Below are positions 35,350-45,278 of a DNA stretch of 49,215 nucleotides, one piece after another. The translations under genes and the position numbers were made by a program. Numbering within the stretch: the first letter of the stretch is position 1; every line of letters starts with the position of its first letter. Where the stretch lies: positions 1 through 49,215 of the forward strand of contig CAWASW010000003.1 of NCBI GenBank assembly GCA_963784785.1, read 5' to 3'. The notes beneath the pieces were generated by a model. It had not been told where the DNA came from and searched no databases. It saw only the letters and a program-made list of their open reading frames with translations. Source of the DNA: Candidatus Woesebacteria bacterium. GTDB taxonomy: Bacteria; Patescibacteriota; Microgenomatia; UBA8517.

Positions 35350-35867
35350 AAATAAAAAACACATGGCATAAATGCCATGGTTTTACCCCTTCTGTGGCAT
35401 ACTTTCCACTTGATTTTTAATGTATTTTTTAACCTGGATGAAACTTGTTGCACCCACTGATTCTGCAAAGTAGCCATCAGACCAGAATGAGTCACCCCAA
35501 AGAAATTCTTCTAACTCTGGAAATTCTTTCCTTAAGATTCTTGATGAACCACCTTTCAGTTGGTTAACAACTTTTGAGATGGACAAGTTTGGTTGGATTT
35601 GTATAAGCATATGTACATGATCATGCAATATTGTAATTTCTTCAATCCACCAGTTGTTAACCTCACATGCTTTGAAGAATAAGTCTTTAAGTCTTGTAGC
35701 TACTTTGCCACGTAATATCCTTTTTCTGTATTTTGGTAAAAATACCAAATGAATCATAATTCTGTGCTTTGTGTGTGCACCATGCCAGTACTTTAACATT
35801 TCCCTCAAGTATGCCACAAACTATACTTGCTCCACCAGCCTAAAGGCTGGGGATTAATGTGCAGAAG
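35350..35867 (-). mobile_element. IS200-type element, copy B
   Basis: Identical to copy A. TTAAAT (plus strand ATTTAA at 35868..35873) abuts the tnpA-upstream end. The element supplies the last codons and the stop of ORF 35854..36159. Confidence 0.85.
35383..35817 (-). CDS. tnpA: IS200/IS605-family TnpA (identical to 5729..6163)
   Basis: The 144-aa translation is identical in the ORF track. Confidence 0.9.
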   Translation of the reverse strand: MAYLREMLKYWHGAHTKHRIMIHLVFLPKYRKRILRGKVATRLKDLFFKACEVNNWWIEEITILHDHVHMLIQIQPNLSISKVVNQLKGGSSRILRKEFPELEEFLWGDSFWSDGYFAESVGATSFIQVKKYIKNQVESMPQKG

Positions 35868-36159
35868 ATTTAAATTCTTTACCTGTGGCAGTGGCAATTT
35901 TTAATAAAGTGGCAAGTGTTATGTTTTGGTTGCCACTTTCGATCCTAGAAATAAATTCTCTTTTTACATTCATTTTTTTTGCTAATGCGGATTGTGAAAG
36001 ATTGCTAGACTTTCTGACTTTAACAATTTCTATTTTTGCCTTAATAAACTTTGCTTCCTCTTTTATTCTATTTTGATATTCTTTAGGATAGGACGCAAGA
36101 AGCTTGTTATAGTCAATCAGTCTTCCCTCTTTTTCTGCTTGTTTAATTTTGTTATTCAT
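35854..36159 (-). CDS. XRE-family HTH antitoxin-like protein, C-terminal tail replaced by IS200 sequence
   Basis: LSQSALAKKMNVKREFISRIESGNQNITLATLLKIA is an HTH. The final residues KSSAH and the stop are encoded inside IS200 copy B. Confidence 0.65.
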   Translation of the reverse strand: MNNKIKQAEKEGRLIDYNKLLASYPKEYQNRIKEEAKFIKAKIEIVKVRKSSNLSQSALAKKMNVKREFISRIESGNQNITLATLLKIATATGKEFKSSAH

Positions 36160-36427
36160 ATTCTTTACGTCTCCTTTCTGAAACCAATATGTCTTTCGAT
36201 GGTGTTTTTTGAGTTTTCTTGTTAAAAAAATATAAAATTACTGTTACATCATCCACTAAATATACGTACAATCCTCGATAAATTCCACCGACTTTTATCC
36301 TAATCTCAAATAAATTTTTCCCTATCTTCTTACCATTCGGATATTCTAGCCGACCTTCTGACATTAAAATATCAATCAAACCTCTAAACTTTAGTTTTAC
36401 TTTCTCAGAAAAAGAAATAAAAAACAC
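36152..36427 (-). pseudogene. Gp49-like/HigB-like (RelE/ParE superfamily) toxin, N-terminus replaced by IS200 sequence
   Basis: NLFEIRIKVGGIYRGLYVY...LYFFNKKTQKTP is paralogous to 46179..46520 but lacks about 20 N-terminal residues. The first residues MFFISF are encoded by the end of IS200 copy C. Confidence 0.6.
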
Positions 36428-36932
36428 ATGGCATAAATGCCATGGTTTTACCCCTTCTGTGGCATACTTTCCACTTGATTTTTAATGTATTTTTTAACCT
36501 GGATGAAACTTGTTGCACCCACTGATTCTGCAAAGTAGCCATCAGACCAGAATGAGTCACCCCAAAGAAATTCTTCTAACTCTGGAAATTCTTTCCTTAA
36601 GATTCTTGATGAACCACCTTTCAGTTGGTTAACAACTTTTGAGATGGACAAGTTTGGTTGGATTTGTATAAGCATATGTACATGATCATGCAATATTGTA
36701 ATTTCTTCAATCCACCAGTTGTTAACCTCACATGCTTTGAAGAATAAGTCTTTAAGTCTTGTAGCTACTTTGCCACGTAATATCCTTTTTCTGTATTTTG
36801 GTAAAAATACCAAATGAATCATAATTCTGTGCTTTGTGTGTGCACCATGCCAGTACTTTAACATTTCCCTCAAGTATGCCACAAACTATACTTGCTCCAC
36901 CAGCCTAAAGGCTGGGGATTAATGTGCAGAAG
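36415..36932 (-). mobile_element. IS200-type element, copy C
   Basis: Identical to copies A and B. TTAAAT target (plus strand ATTTAA) at 36933..36938. Confidence 0.85.
36448..36882 (-). CDS. tnpA: IS200/IS605-family TnpA (identical copy)
   Basis: Identical 144-aa translation. Confidence 0.9.
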   Translation of the reverse strand: MAYLREMLKYWHGAHTKHRIMIHLVFLPKYRKRILRGKVATRLKDLFFKACEVNNWWIEEITILHDHVHMLIQIQPNLSISKVVNQLKGGSSRILRKEFPELEEFLWGDSFWSDGYFAESVGATSFIQVKKYIKNQVESMPQKG

Positions 36933-36981
36933 ATTTAATTCTTCTTCTGCTCTCCTATCGATCTTTATTAATTTGTTTATC

Positions 36982-37010
36982 ATTATAGTAACTTTAAAGT
37001 TACATGTCAA
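36982..37010 (-). promoter_or_regulatory. Consensus sigma70 promoter with a perfect 16-bp palindrome in the spacer
   Basis: The minus strand reads TTGACA-T-GTAACTTTAAAGTTAC-TATAAT (17-nt spacer). It points into IS200 copy C. Confidence 0.6.
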
Positions 37011-38551
37011 TCATTGGTTCTGACTCGATATTGCAAGGCTTCTGCCACGTGATTTGGAAGAATTTTTTTGGAATCTGAGAGGTCTGCAATAGTTTGACTA
37101 ACTTTTATAAGCCTGAAGTAGGTTCGAGCGGATAGGTTATAGGTGTTAACTGCTTGTTTAAGTAAAATTAACGCTTCTGGTGTAATATCTACAAACTCTT
37201 TGATATGTTTATTTTTCATATTAGAATTTGTATATACTTTTAACCCCTTAAATCTTTTGTTCTGAATCTTTCTAGCCTTTATGACCTGTTCCCTAATTGT
37301 TTTAGAATTTATCATTTGTGTTTTGGCATTTGGATTTTCCATAAGTTTGTTTATGTCAACAGCGGGTACATTTATATGCAAATCAATTCTATCCATTAAT
37401 GGTCCTGACAGTTTTGATTGATACTTCATAATCATCCGAGGAGAACATTTGCATTCTTTCTTTGGATCTCCCAAATAACCACAAGGACATGGGTTGGCTG
37501 CAGCAATCAACATAAAAATAGCAGGAAAATTTACAGAACCTGCAATTCTTGTAATTGAAACTTCTCCGTCCTCCATTGGCTGACGAAGAGCCTCAAGAGT
37601 ACTTCTAGAGAACTCTGGAAATTCATCTAAAAACAAAACTCCATTATGAGCAAGAGATATTTCTCCCGGATGAGGATTTGTTCCCCCTCCAATTAATCCA
37701 ATTCTACTTGTTGTATGGTGTGCAGTTCTAAAAGGTCTGGTTCTCACAAGTCCTTCGCCTGCAGGAATTAATCCGGATAGCGAAAATATTTTGGTGACTT
37801 CGAGTGCTTCTTCCTCATTTAATGGCGGCAAAATGCCAGCAGAGGCCCTTGCAAGCATTGTTTTACCTGCCCCAGGGCTTCCCATCATAAAAATGTTATG
37901 TCCTCCTGCTGCCGCAATAGTCATTGCCCGTTTTGCACTTTCTTGACCAATAATTTCAGCAAAATCGAATTCGACAAGCTGTTCTTCAGCGAGTCGCTCT
38001 GAACTAGTTTCAGAGCCTGCCTTTATTTTTTCTATTTTCTTTACCCCATTTAAATGCCCAATTAATTCAAGTAATGTTTTAACTGGATAAACATCTATTC
38101 CAGTTAAAACTGCCGCTTCATTGGCAGAATCAAATGGAACAAACAAGTTTTTAATTCCTAAAGCTTTGGCTGCAAGACCTAAAAGAAATACTCCCTTTGT
38201 GTGGCGAAGTCCTCCATCAAGTGAAAGTTCGCCGTAGAAAAATGATTTTTCAGTTGGTAATTTTACTTCCTCCATAGAAGCTAATACTCCAATCGCTATT
38301 GGTAAATCATAAAGTGATCCTTCTTTGGGTATATCTGCAGGAGCCAAATTTACAACTATTTTTTGATTTGGAAAATCAATGTTTGAATTTAGTAGTGCAG
38401 TTTTTACTCTTTCTTTGGCCTCCTCTATTGATTTATTGAGTAGGCCAATTATAGAAAATCCAGGGAATCCTTTTTGAAAGACATTAACCTCAACTTCAAT
38501 AAGTTTAGCTTCCAAACCAAAATGCGATGCAGACAGAATCTTGGTTAACAC
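37007..38551 (-). CDS. comM: ComM/YifB-family Mg-chelatase-like AAA ATPase
   Basis: 514 aa. Lon-like N-domain, Walker A MMGSPGAGKT, VLFLDEFPEF, and a CPCGYLGDPKKECKC zinc motif. Confidence 0.85.
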   Translation of the reverse strand: MLTKILSASHFGLEAKLIEVEVNVFQKGFPGFSIIGLLNKSIEEAKERVKTALLNSNIDFPNQKIVVNLAPADIPKEGSLYDLPIAIGVLASMEEVKLPTEKSFFYGELSLDGGLRHTKGVFLLGLAAKALGIKNLFVPFDSANEAAVLTGIDVYPVKTLLELIGHLNGVKKIEKIKAGSETSSERLAEEQLVEFDFAEIIGQESAKRAMTIAAAGGHNIFMMGSPGAGKTMLARASAGILPPLNEEEALEVTKIFSLSGLIPAGEGLVRTRPFRTAHHTTSRIGLIGGGTNPHPGEISLAHNGVLFLDEFPEFSRSTLEALRQPMEDGEVSITRIAGSVNFPAIFMLIAAANPCPCGYLGDPKKECKCSPRMIMKYQSKLSGPLMDRIDLHINVPAVDINKLMENPNAKTQMINSKTIREQVIKARKIQNKRFKGLKVYTNSNMKNKHIKEFVDITPEALILLKQAVNTYNLSARTYFRLIKVSQTIADLSDSKKILPNHVAEALQYRVRTND

Positions 38552-38596
38552 CTTATGAAAAATTATGATACAAAATTATATTATTTACAATAACTA

Positions 38597-38624
38597 TTGA
38601 CATGTACATAGTACATAGTATACT
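38597..38624 (+). promoter_or_regulatory. Sigma70-like promoter giving a leaderless or near-leaderless mRNA
   Basis: TTGACA-16 nt-TATACT, with the first ATG (38634) about 10 nt after the -10 box. Confidence 0.5.
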
Positions 38625-38633
38625 GTGTACTAT

Positions 38634-39620
38634 ATGCTAAGCACTAGGGATCAGATTGCGGAATACATCAAAAAAAACGGTAAGGCTCGTGTAGAAGATA
38701 TTAGAAAAGAATTTAACCTTGGAACCTCTATTATCCACCGACATCTAATCAAACTTCTAAGAGAAGGTTTTATTATGAAGTCAGGTAAACCTCCATTAGT
38801 TTTTTATGTCTATGCGACGAAGACAAAGCAACTTGATAATGGTTCTATTCCGCCAGAAGATAAAGATTTTTTGTTAAAAAATTATCTATATGTCTCGCCT
38901 AGTGGGGACTTTAAATATGGAATTGAAGGTTTCCAAAATTGGATTAGTAAAATTAAACAAGAAAAATATCTAATTTCACTTATTAATGAATATAGGAAGT
39001 ACAGAAATAATGCCACGAAACTTAAAAATAATGACGGGCTTTTAGACGGTTTTAATAAACTAAAGACAACTTTTAACGAAGTTTATTTAGATAAGGTCTA
39101 TTTCTCCGATTTCTATGCATTACCTAAATTCGGTAAAACAATATTAGGACAAAAACTTTTGTACGCAAAACAAGCACAGTCCGAAAAATTAATTGGCGAT
39201 GTGTCACAGCAGGTCTCAGATGATATCAACAAAATTATTAATAAACATAAAGTAGATGCTGTAGCTTTTATTCCGCCGACTGTACCAAGAAAAGTTCAAT
39301 TTATAAAAGAATTTGAAAAAAAATTGAATCTAAGTTTGCCTAAGGTATTACTTAAAAAAGCATATTCTGGTGACGTTTTGATAGCACAAAAAACGCTTAG
39401 CAAGCTGGAAGAAAGGATTGAAAACGCACAAACGACAATCTTTATTAAAGACCAAAGCATTATTTACAAAAGAGTCTTGGTGATTGATGATGCTATCGGA
39501 TCAGGATCAACTTTAAATGAAATCGCTGCAAAAATTAAGGAAATGTCACCAAAAATTAAGGTTTTTGGCTATGCAATAGTTGGAAGTTTCAAAGGCTTTG
39601 ATGTAATCAGTGAAGTATAG
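38634..39620 (+). CDS. Winged-helix/HTH plus phosphoribosyltransferase-domain protein
   Basis: N-terminal ARVEDIRKEFNLGTSIIHRHLIKLLREGFI and a C-terminal VLVIDDAIGSGSTLNEIA (PRTase P-loop). The start was moved from the GTG at 38625 to the in-frame ATG. Confidence 0.55.
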   Translation: MLSTRDQIAEYIKKNGKARVEDIRKEFNLGTSIIHRHLIKLLREGFIMKSGKPPLVFYVYATKTKQLDNGSIPPEDKDFLLKNYLYVSPSGDFKYGIEGFQNWISKIKQEKYLISLINEYRKYRNNATKLKNNDGLLDGFNKLKTTFNEVYLDKVYFSDFYALPKFGKTILGQKLLYAKQAQSEKLIGDVSQQVSDDINKIINKHKVDAVAFIPPTVPRKVQFIKEFEKKLNLSLPKVLLKKAYSGDVLIAQKTLSKLEERIENAQTTIFIKDQSIIYKRVLVIDDAIGSGSTLNEIAAKIKEMSPKIKVFGYAIVGSFKGFDVISEV

Positions 39621-39622
39621 CT

Positions 39623-39663
39623 AAGGTCAGACCTTAATATATTGCATCCAAAGGTCTGACCTT
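39623..39663. repeat. 41-bp hairpin element, copy 1
   Basis: AAGGTCAGACCTT-AATATATTGCATCCA-AAGGTCTGACCTT: a 13-bp perfect stem directly after the stop codon of the previous gene. Confidence 0.85.
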
Positions 39664-39754
39664 GCAAGAAGTTACATGTCTTTTCTTCTTTTCAATTCTT
39701 GCTTTGGACAAGCAAAGAAGAATTGACTTTGTTATATAATTTATTTATATAAAT

Positions 39755-40489
39755 ATGAAATACCTTTTCATTGACGAGTCTGGAGACCATAATTTATTAC
39801 CTAACAAAATTGATCCTCATTTTCCAATGTTTGTTTTAACTGGAATAATATTTGATTCAAAAGACTATCGAAAGTTCAAAGCAAAATTATTAAGACTTAA
39901 GAAAAAATTGTTTGGCAATGAGAAAGTTATATTGCATTCCAAGGAACTGACACACCCAGTTAGAACTAAACAAAAAGAACTGGGTATGTTAACTAATTTA
40001 GAGAAAAGAAAGGAATTGTACGAATCGTTAGACAAGCTAATACATGATTCAGACTTCAAAATTCTTATTTATGTCATTGACAAAAAAGAGTTCAATAAAA
40101 TTCTTGGCTCACTTTCTATCGATCTATATTTTTTAAGCTTTTCCGATATCTTTAAAAAATACGAATCGTTACTTAAATTTAGAGAGCGTGGAAAGATTTT
40201 TGCAGAAAGTAGAAATAAAAGTCTTGATAAACAATTTGTTCTTACTTGGAAAAATACAAAAATTACTAAGAGATATAAGACTCTTGAACCGCAGATTCTT
40301 CCAAAGTCATGGAAACACGCAGATTTAGAACTAGCCGACTTGATTTCGTATAGAATCTCGCGAGATATTGTTAAGAAATCTGCAAAACCAATCGGTAACG
40401 AAATAAGTATTAAAATAATTTTGAAGAAAGATGTCGAGATAGAAAGATTTGCATCAAAAAAGAGGAAGCACATCCGCACTTCCTCTTAA
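39755..40489 (+). CDS. DUF3800-family protein
   Basis: N-terminal MKYLFIDESGD is characteristic of DUF3800. 244 aa. Confidence 0.6.
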   Translation: MKYLFIDESGDHNLLPNKIDPHFPMFVLTGIIFDSKDYRKFKAKLLRLKKKLFGNEKVILHSKELTHPVRTKQKELGMLTNLEKRKELYESLDKLIHDSDFKILIYVIDKKEFNKILGSLSIDLYFLSFSDIFKKYESLLKFRERGKIFAESRNKSLDKQFVLTWKNTKITKRYKTLEPQILPKSWKHADLELADLISYRISRDIVKKSAKPIGNEISIKIILKKDVEIERFASKKRKHIRTSS

Positions 40490-40596
40490 TAAATGTATAT
40501 TATAATAAAAACTCCCACCTGTCAATTTTTACCCTCCTGCGAGAACTAAGGAGGTCGTGGCTAGTGCCAATTTGAATATTATGATATCATAAATCA

Positions 40597-41190
40597 ATGC
40601 CCAAGATAAAAACTTCCAAACAAAATAGGGTTGCAATATTCATTGACCACACTAATGTTTACCATCGTCTAATTGATATGAAAAAAATAGATAAATCATG
40701 GGTTACTTGGTACAACCCTGAGATATTAGCAAAAAAATTAGTCGGAGATCGTGAACTTGTTGGAATATATTTTTATTGTTCTCCACCTCCCGCATATTTA
40801 CTTCAAGAATCTGAAAAGTCTAAAAATAGCTATTGGAAACAGATGAGTTATTACGAAGAAATTAAAAAACTTGATAAAGTTGAAGTTAAATACGGAAGAA
40901 TCACAGGAGTAAAGGGAGATTTGCATGAAAAAAACCTAGATACTCAGTTAAACACTGACCTTTTGGTTCAGGCTTCACAAAACAAGTATGACACAGCAAT
41001 GTTGGTTTCAAACGACGGAGATTATGAATCTGCAATTCAGGGAGTTAAAGACCTTGGCCGTAAAATTGAACTTGCATTTTTCAAGTATAAAGTTTCCTGG
41101 AACCTAAAAAGAATCTCTGATGTTTCAAGAAAAATGAGACTATCATATTTTGAGGAATTACAGTTTGAGGCAAAAAAACAGGGAACCTAA
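40597..41190 (+). CDS. NYN/LabA-like domain protein
   Basis: RVAIFIDHTNVYH...LVSNDGDYESAIQGVKDLGRKIELAFF. Confidence 0.65.
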   Translation: MPKIKTSKQNRVAIFIDHTNVYHRLIDMKKIDKSWVTWYNPEILAKKLVGDRELVGIYFYCSPPPAYLLQESEKSKNSYWKQMSYYEEIKKLDKVEVKYGRITGVKGDLHEKNLDTQLNTDLLVQASQNKYDTAMLVSNDGDYESAIQGVKDLGRKIELAFFKYKVSWNLKRISDVSRKMRLSYFEELQFEAKKQGT

Positions 41191-41257
41191 GTTCCCCGTT
41201 GCTTATCATTGCCGAAGCCATAATAAGGTTGTGTAAGAAATACTATATAATAAAACT

Positions 41258-42988
41258 ATGAATTTGTCAAAAAATACCAAGAAAATTTCCATTCTACTAA
41301 TTTCTCTTTTCTGTTTCCTCTTTTCTAGTTTCATGCCCTTTGCCACTGCCAAAGCAGTTGAGCCAACGGAATCAGCGACGAATACCGCGGCTTCTTCGTC
41401 CTCCGACTCCCCAAACACTTGGTACAACCAAAATCCTTTTCAGTGGTACAGCAAGGTTTACGACAAGGACAATCCTTCTGAAATTTTTGGAGAAAGATAT
41501 ACAGCAGCCCAAGTTCAATGGATACTATTTAGTTTAATAACCGTTCCAATTTCAACACTAGAAACCTTCAATGTTTCTGGCGCAGAAGGTGCTTGTTTGT
41601 TAGGATCACTTGGCGGAGCGGCAACAGAGCTTCCTTTATGTATAGACAGTTATATACAAACAATTACAGATCTTATGAAATCTATTGGGATTACTTCAAT
41701 TGACAGAAGTAATGAGTCTGCAATAGCAAGTATTTTTAATGCAAAAGACCGTGAAATTTCTGCGATTAATTACTTTTCAAAATCATTCAAAAAGTTTTCA
41801 ATAGTTAAAGAAGCAAAGGCGCAAACAGGATTTGGCTTCTCAGCGTTAGGAGTAGTTCAGCCCCTTTGGACAGCAGCAAGAAACGCTTCCTATGGAATAA
41901 TTGTATTAATAACGATTATCTTTTCGTTTATGATAATGTTTCGAGTTAAGCTTTCTCCACAGCTTGTTATTTCAGTTCAATCTGCACTTCCTAAAGTCTT
42001 TACTGTCTTAGTTTTAGCTACTTTTTCGTTTGCAATAGCAGGTCTAATGGTTGATTTAATGTATGTTTTCATGGGTTTTATTGCAGCTATTCTAAGTTCA
42101 ATATCAGGAGGAATCATGTCTTTTGGATTTGTATATAGCTTTATATCCGGGAATTGGTTCGGCGTACATGTTTCATCATCTTTTGCAGTTGGATTCTATA
42201 TGTTTCTATACACAATATTATTTTTGATAACAATCATAGCCACTTTTGTTGGAGCATTAACTTCTTTATCGTCATTTGGAGTGGTCATGTCAATATTGGC
42301 ATTACTTGTAGTTGCATGGTTAATAATCTTGTGCTTCTGGTATATGATAAAGATACCTTGGATGCTTATAAAATCATTGGCTTCAATTTATATGTCCGTA
42401 ATTATTGCTCCTTTGCAAATTACAATTGGAGCAATTGCTCCTCAAGTCGGATTTAGCCAGTGGCTAAGAGGCATTATTGCAAATTTATTGGTTTTTCCAG
42501 TTACTGGAATATTTTTTTGGTTGGCATATTTATTATTATTTCAAGGATTTATGACAGCAGGCGAAGTCATGATAGAAAGAAACGTATTATCAGAACTCGT
42601 TAGAATGTTCGGATTTGAACTTACAGGAATATTTACTGGACAATTATGGTCTCCCCCAATGTTAGGGTCAGGAGCAGAAATAACCGGATTAATTTTTGCA
42701 ATGATGAGTTTTATGGTAATTGTAGCCATTCCAAAAACTGTTGATATCATGAAGATGCTTGTCATGGGTGCTAAATTCGACTTTGGAACTGCTATGGGTG
42801 AGGCAATATCACTATTTAAAATAGGCGCTACTGGTTATGGAGCCTATGCAGCTTCGGAATTAAAACAGGATGGAAGACCATGGCCATTTGGATTCTTTAA
42901 AGAGGGTGGTAAAGTAGACACATTCCTGACTAAAAATAACAAGAACATTTCTAACACTCTTGAGACATTATTAAAATTTATAAAGTAG
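41258..42988 (+). CDS. Polytopic membrane protein, VirB6/TrbL-like by architecture and context
   Basis: 576 aa with a signal peptide and at least 7 hydrophobic spans, located in a T4SS gene neighbourhood. No sequence motif was verified. Confidence 0.45.
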   Translation: MNLSKNTKKISILLISLFCFLFSSFMPFATAKAVEPTESATNTAASSSSDSPNTWYNQNPFQWYSKVYDKDNPSEIFGERYTAAQVQWILFSLITVPISTLETFNVSGAEGACLLGSLGGAATELPLCIDSYIQTITDLMKSIGITSIDRSNESAIASIFNAKDREISAINYFSKSFKKFSIVKEAKAQTGFGFSALGVVQPLWTAARNASYGIIVLITIIFSFMIMFRVKLSPQLVISVQSALPKVFTVLVLATFSFAIAGLMVDLMYVFMGFIAAILSSISGGIMSFGFVYSFISGNWFGVHVSSSFAVGFYMFLYTILFLITIIATFVGALTSLSSFGVVMSILALLVVAWLIILCFWYMIKIPWMLIKSLASIYMSVIIAPLQITIGAIAPQVGFSQWLRGIIANLLVFPVTGIFFWLAYLLLFQGFMTAGEVMIERNVLSELVRMFGFELTGIFTGQLWSPPMLGSGAEITGLIFAMMSFMVIVAIPKTVDIMKMLVMGAKFDFGTAMGEAISLFKIGATGYGAYAASELKQDGRPWPFGFFKEGGKVDTFLTKNNKNISNTLETLLKFIK

Positions 42989-42997
42989 TTTTTTAAA

Positions 42998-45271
42998 TTA
43001 ATCTTTTTCCGCTAATGTCTTCGCGTAACTTGGAAAATTTTCTGGTATTGGAAACCCGCACTCTACTGCTGTTTCATATATTTTTTGGAGTATAGGTTTA
43101 TCATCTAATCTCGTACCACCTGCCCCTCTCTTTTGATATTTGACCAAGTTTATTTTCCACTCACTTAATGGAGCTGCGTCAATTACACCTTGAAGCCATA
43201 GTTTTTTGTTTTTTTCTGTCTCCTTATTGGTGATATATTTTATATGATCGTCAACTTCATCTTGTGTAGGAATACGATTTAATGTAATCGCCAAATCCAT
43301 TGTAATTTTTAAATATTCACCTTGAGCCATTACCCCATTATTAACACATATTGGGAAAAATTTGTTTTTGTGCTTGTACATTTCAGCGATAGTTAGATCC
43401 CTATCGCTAATGAATTCCTGATAAAAAATATTATACATACCTTTTAACGGCTGATTTTCCTTTCTACCTGGCAAAAATAGTCCAAGAGTATACCACGACC
43501 AGATATCAGCTTCTGAAAATGCATCAGGACTAATTTCAGCATTTTTATCAAGCATCATATTTTCTCTTAATTCATCTTCTATTTCATTAATATCTCTTTC
43601 ATTTATTAAATCAGCTACATCAGCAAGTTTTAAATCTAATTCCCAAGGTAATTTTCCTAATTTAGTAGATTTCTCCTTAGTAAAAAGTACCACATTTTTG
43701 TTCTCAGTAGTAAGTCTTCTTTCAGGTGATCCAAGCCATTGTTCTTTAAATGATCTCAATCCGTATTTCGTTTGACATCTTGCTAATGTCCACAAACTTA
43801 ACGCAGTAGATTCTGATGTGTTAGCAATTGTTGTTCCCGGACCTGCAGAGCGACCTTTCAAAAATTCTTTAATTCTATATGCCCTAAGATGCATTAACTT
43901 TGTCCAGTCGTCTGTCATAGGATCACCTTCCAATAGATATGTTTGATTTAGTTTCTTTTTAAGTTCTGCTCCCTCTGACTTTAATAATGATTCTACTGTG
44001 GCTTTATCTGTTGGAAATTCAGGAGAATCCTCTATTTGATCGTTAATTTTTATCTTTTTAAATTTCTCATATCCTACTTCGGCAGCTAAACCTGTCATCT
44101 TAAAGGACATGTAAGCCTGTCTTACAGCGTTGTCTGCAAATCTTTCTGCATCTTTTTTTGTTACTTGCGGATATTTTCTCCTATACCTATCAGCAACAAA
44201 TTGTTTTACTCCGGCCTGTAGTATTTTCTCCTTATTTTTTCCGCCCCTTGCATAAATATCACCAAACTGTGACAAAACACCTCTTTCTTCTCCTTCCTTA
44301 TAACTATCCATATGGCGATTATCATCATCTATCCAAGTATTTGTGTCACCAGTCCATACTTTTATTTGATCTTCAGTCATACCCTCAAAAACATCATCGG
44401 TAAATTTAGGGCAAGAAAGTGCTTCGTCCATCTTACCCTTAAATTCTGACTGGGATATCAAATAAAATAGAGCTTTGGCTGTATCAACACCCTCGTCCCC
44501 GGCAATTGTATTTTCTCGCGATCCTAACATAGACAACTTATAATCCGGCAGACTATACCATTTCTTGAGTTCAGCATTTGAAAATTTTGGAAGTCTCATA
44601 TAAAAATTTTCAACTGAGGAATCTAACGCTGCAGTTGTTGGCATGTAACCAGACCAATAAAGCGTTCCTGCTTTTTCTCTAACTGTTGCCTCATATTCTA
44701 TATCCCTAAAACCATCAGCTTTCTCCTGTCTCACATCATCACTACCAAAAATTACAACCTCACGTGTCGATATCTCCTCTATTTTACGAATTTTTATTGA
44801 CTGTTTTTTTTCTGATTCTTCCTTTGATAAAGGTTGACCATCTAATTGTAAAGGGGTCTCTGTAACTACCATTTGTTTTTCAACTCGATATTCAATCTGC
44901 TCACTTTCTAAACTAAAACCAGGAATTTTAGCAACTTCGTACACCCGACTTTCAATCGTTGCTGACCCGCTAATTCCCAGCAAATCCAACTCTGATCTTG
45001 TTATCTCATAGTCTCTAATTTTCTCATCAAGAATCTGAAACCAAGGTTTAAGACTATATCTGTCAAACGCTTCTTTAGATAATGGTGATTCAAATCTGTC
45101 GAGGAGCCTTGAGAACATGAATCCTGCTGCTTCCGGATTTGAAGTCATTCTTAGAAACTCTGTGCTTCCATGACCCATTGCATACTGTTCTAAGTTTTGT
45201 CTATTTTGACCGTTTCTAACTTCTGCGGCTTCTTGAGCATCCGAATCAACCAAGTTATTTTCAATTCCCAT
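42998..45271 (-). CDS. Large soluble hypothetical protein (757 aa)
   Basis: Long uninterrupted ORF with no TM span, no Walker motif and no motif I recognise. The promoter sits directly at the ATG. Confidence 0.6.
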   Translation of the reverse strand: MGIENNLVDSDAQEAAEVRNGQNRQNLEQYAMGHGSTEFLRMTSNPEAAGFMFSRLLDRFESPLSKEAFDRYSLKPWFQILDEKIRDYEITRSELDLLGISGSATIESRVYEVAKIPGFSLESEQIEYRVEKQMVVTETPLQLDGQPLSKEESEKKQSIKIRKIEEISTREVVIFGSDDVRQEKADGFRDIEYEATVREKAGTLYWSGYMPTTAALDSSVENFYMRLPKFSNAELKKWYSLPDYKLSMLGSRENTIAGDEGVDTAKALFYLISQSEFKGKMDEALSCPKFTDDVFEGMTEDQIKVWTGDTNTWIDDDNRHMDSYKEGEERGVLSQFGDIYARGGKNKEKILQAGVKQFVADRYRRKYPQVTKKDAERFADNAVRQAYMSFKMTGLAAEVGYEKFKKIKINDQIEDSPEFPTDKATVESLLKSEGAELKKKLNQTYLLEGDPMTDDWTKLMHLRAYRIKEFLKGRSAGPGTTIANTSESTALSLWTLARCQTKYGLRSFKEQWLGSPERRLTTENKNVVLFTKEKSTKLGKLPWELDLKLADVADLINERDINEIEDELRENMMLDKNAEISPDAFSEADIWSWYTLGLFLPGRKENQPLKGMYNIFYQEFISDRDLTIAEMYKHKNKFFPICVNNGVMAQGEYLKITMDLAITLNRIPTQDEVDDHIKYITNKETEKNKKLWLQGVIDAAPLSEWKINLVKYQKRGAGGTRLDDKPILQKIYETAVECGFPIPENFPSYAKTLAEKD

Positions 45272-45278
45272 ACCTCAA

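Noticed and set aside
36941-36983. Small ORF MINKLIKIDRRAEEELN... as the missing N-terminus of the clipped toxin
   Set aside because: Its ATG overlaps the -10 box of the promoter, so it would lie upstream of the transcription start. Joining across the IS gives a stop after 22 codons in a frame different from the toxin.
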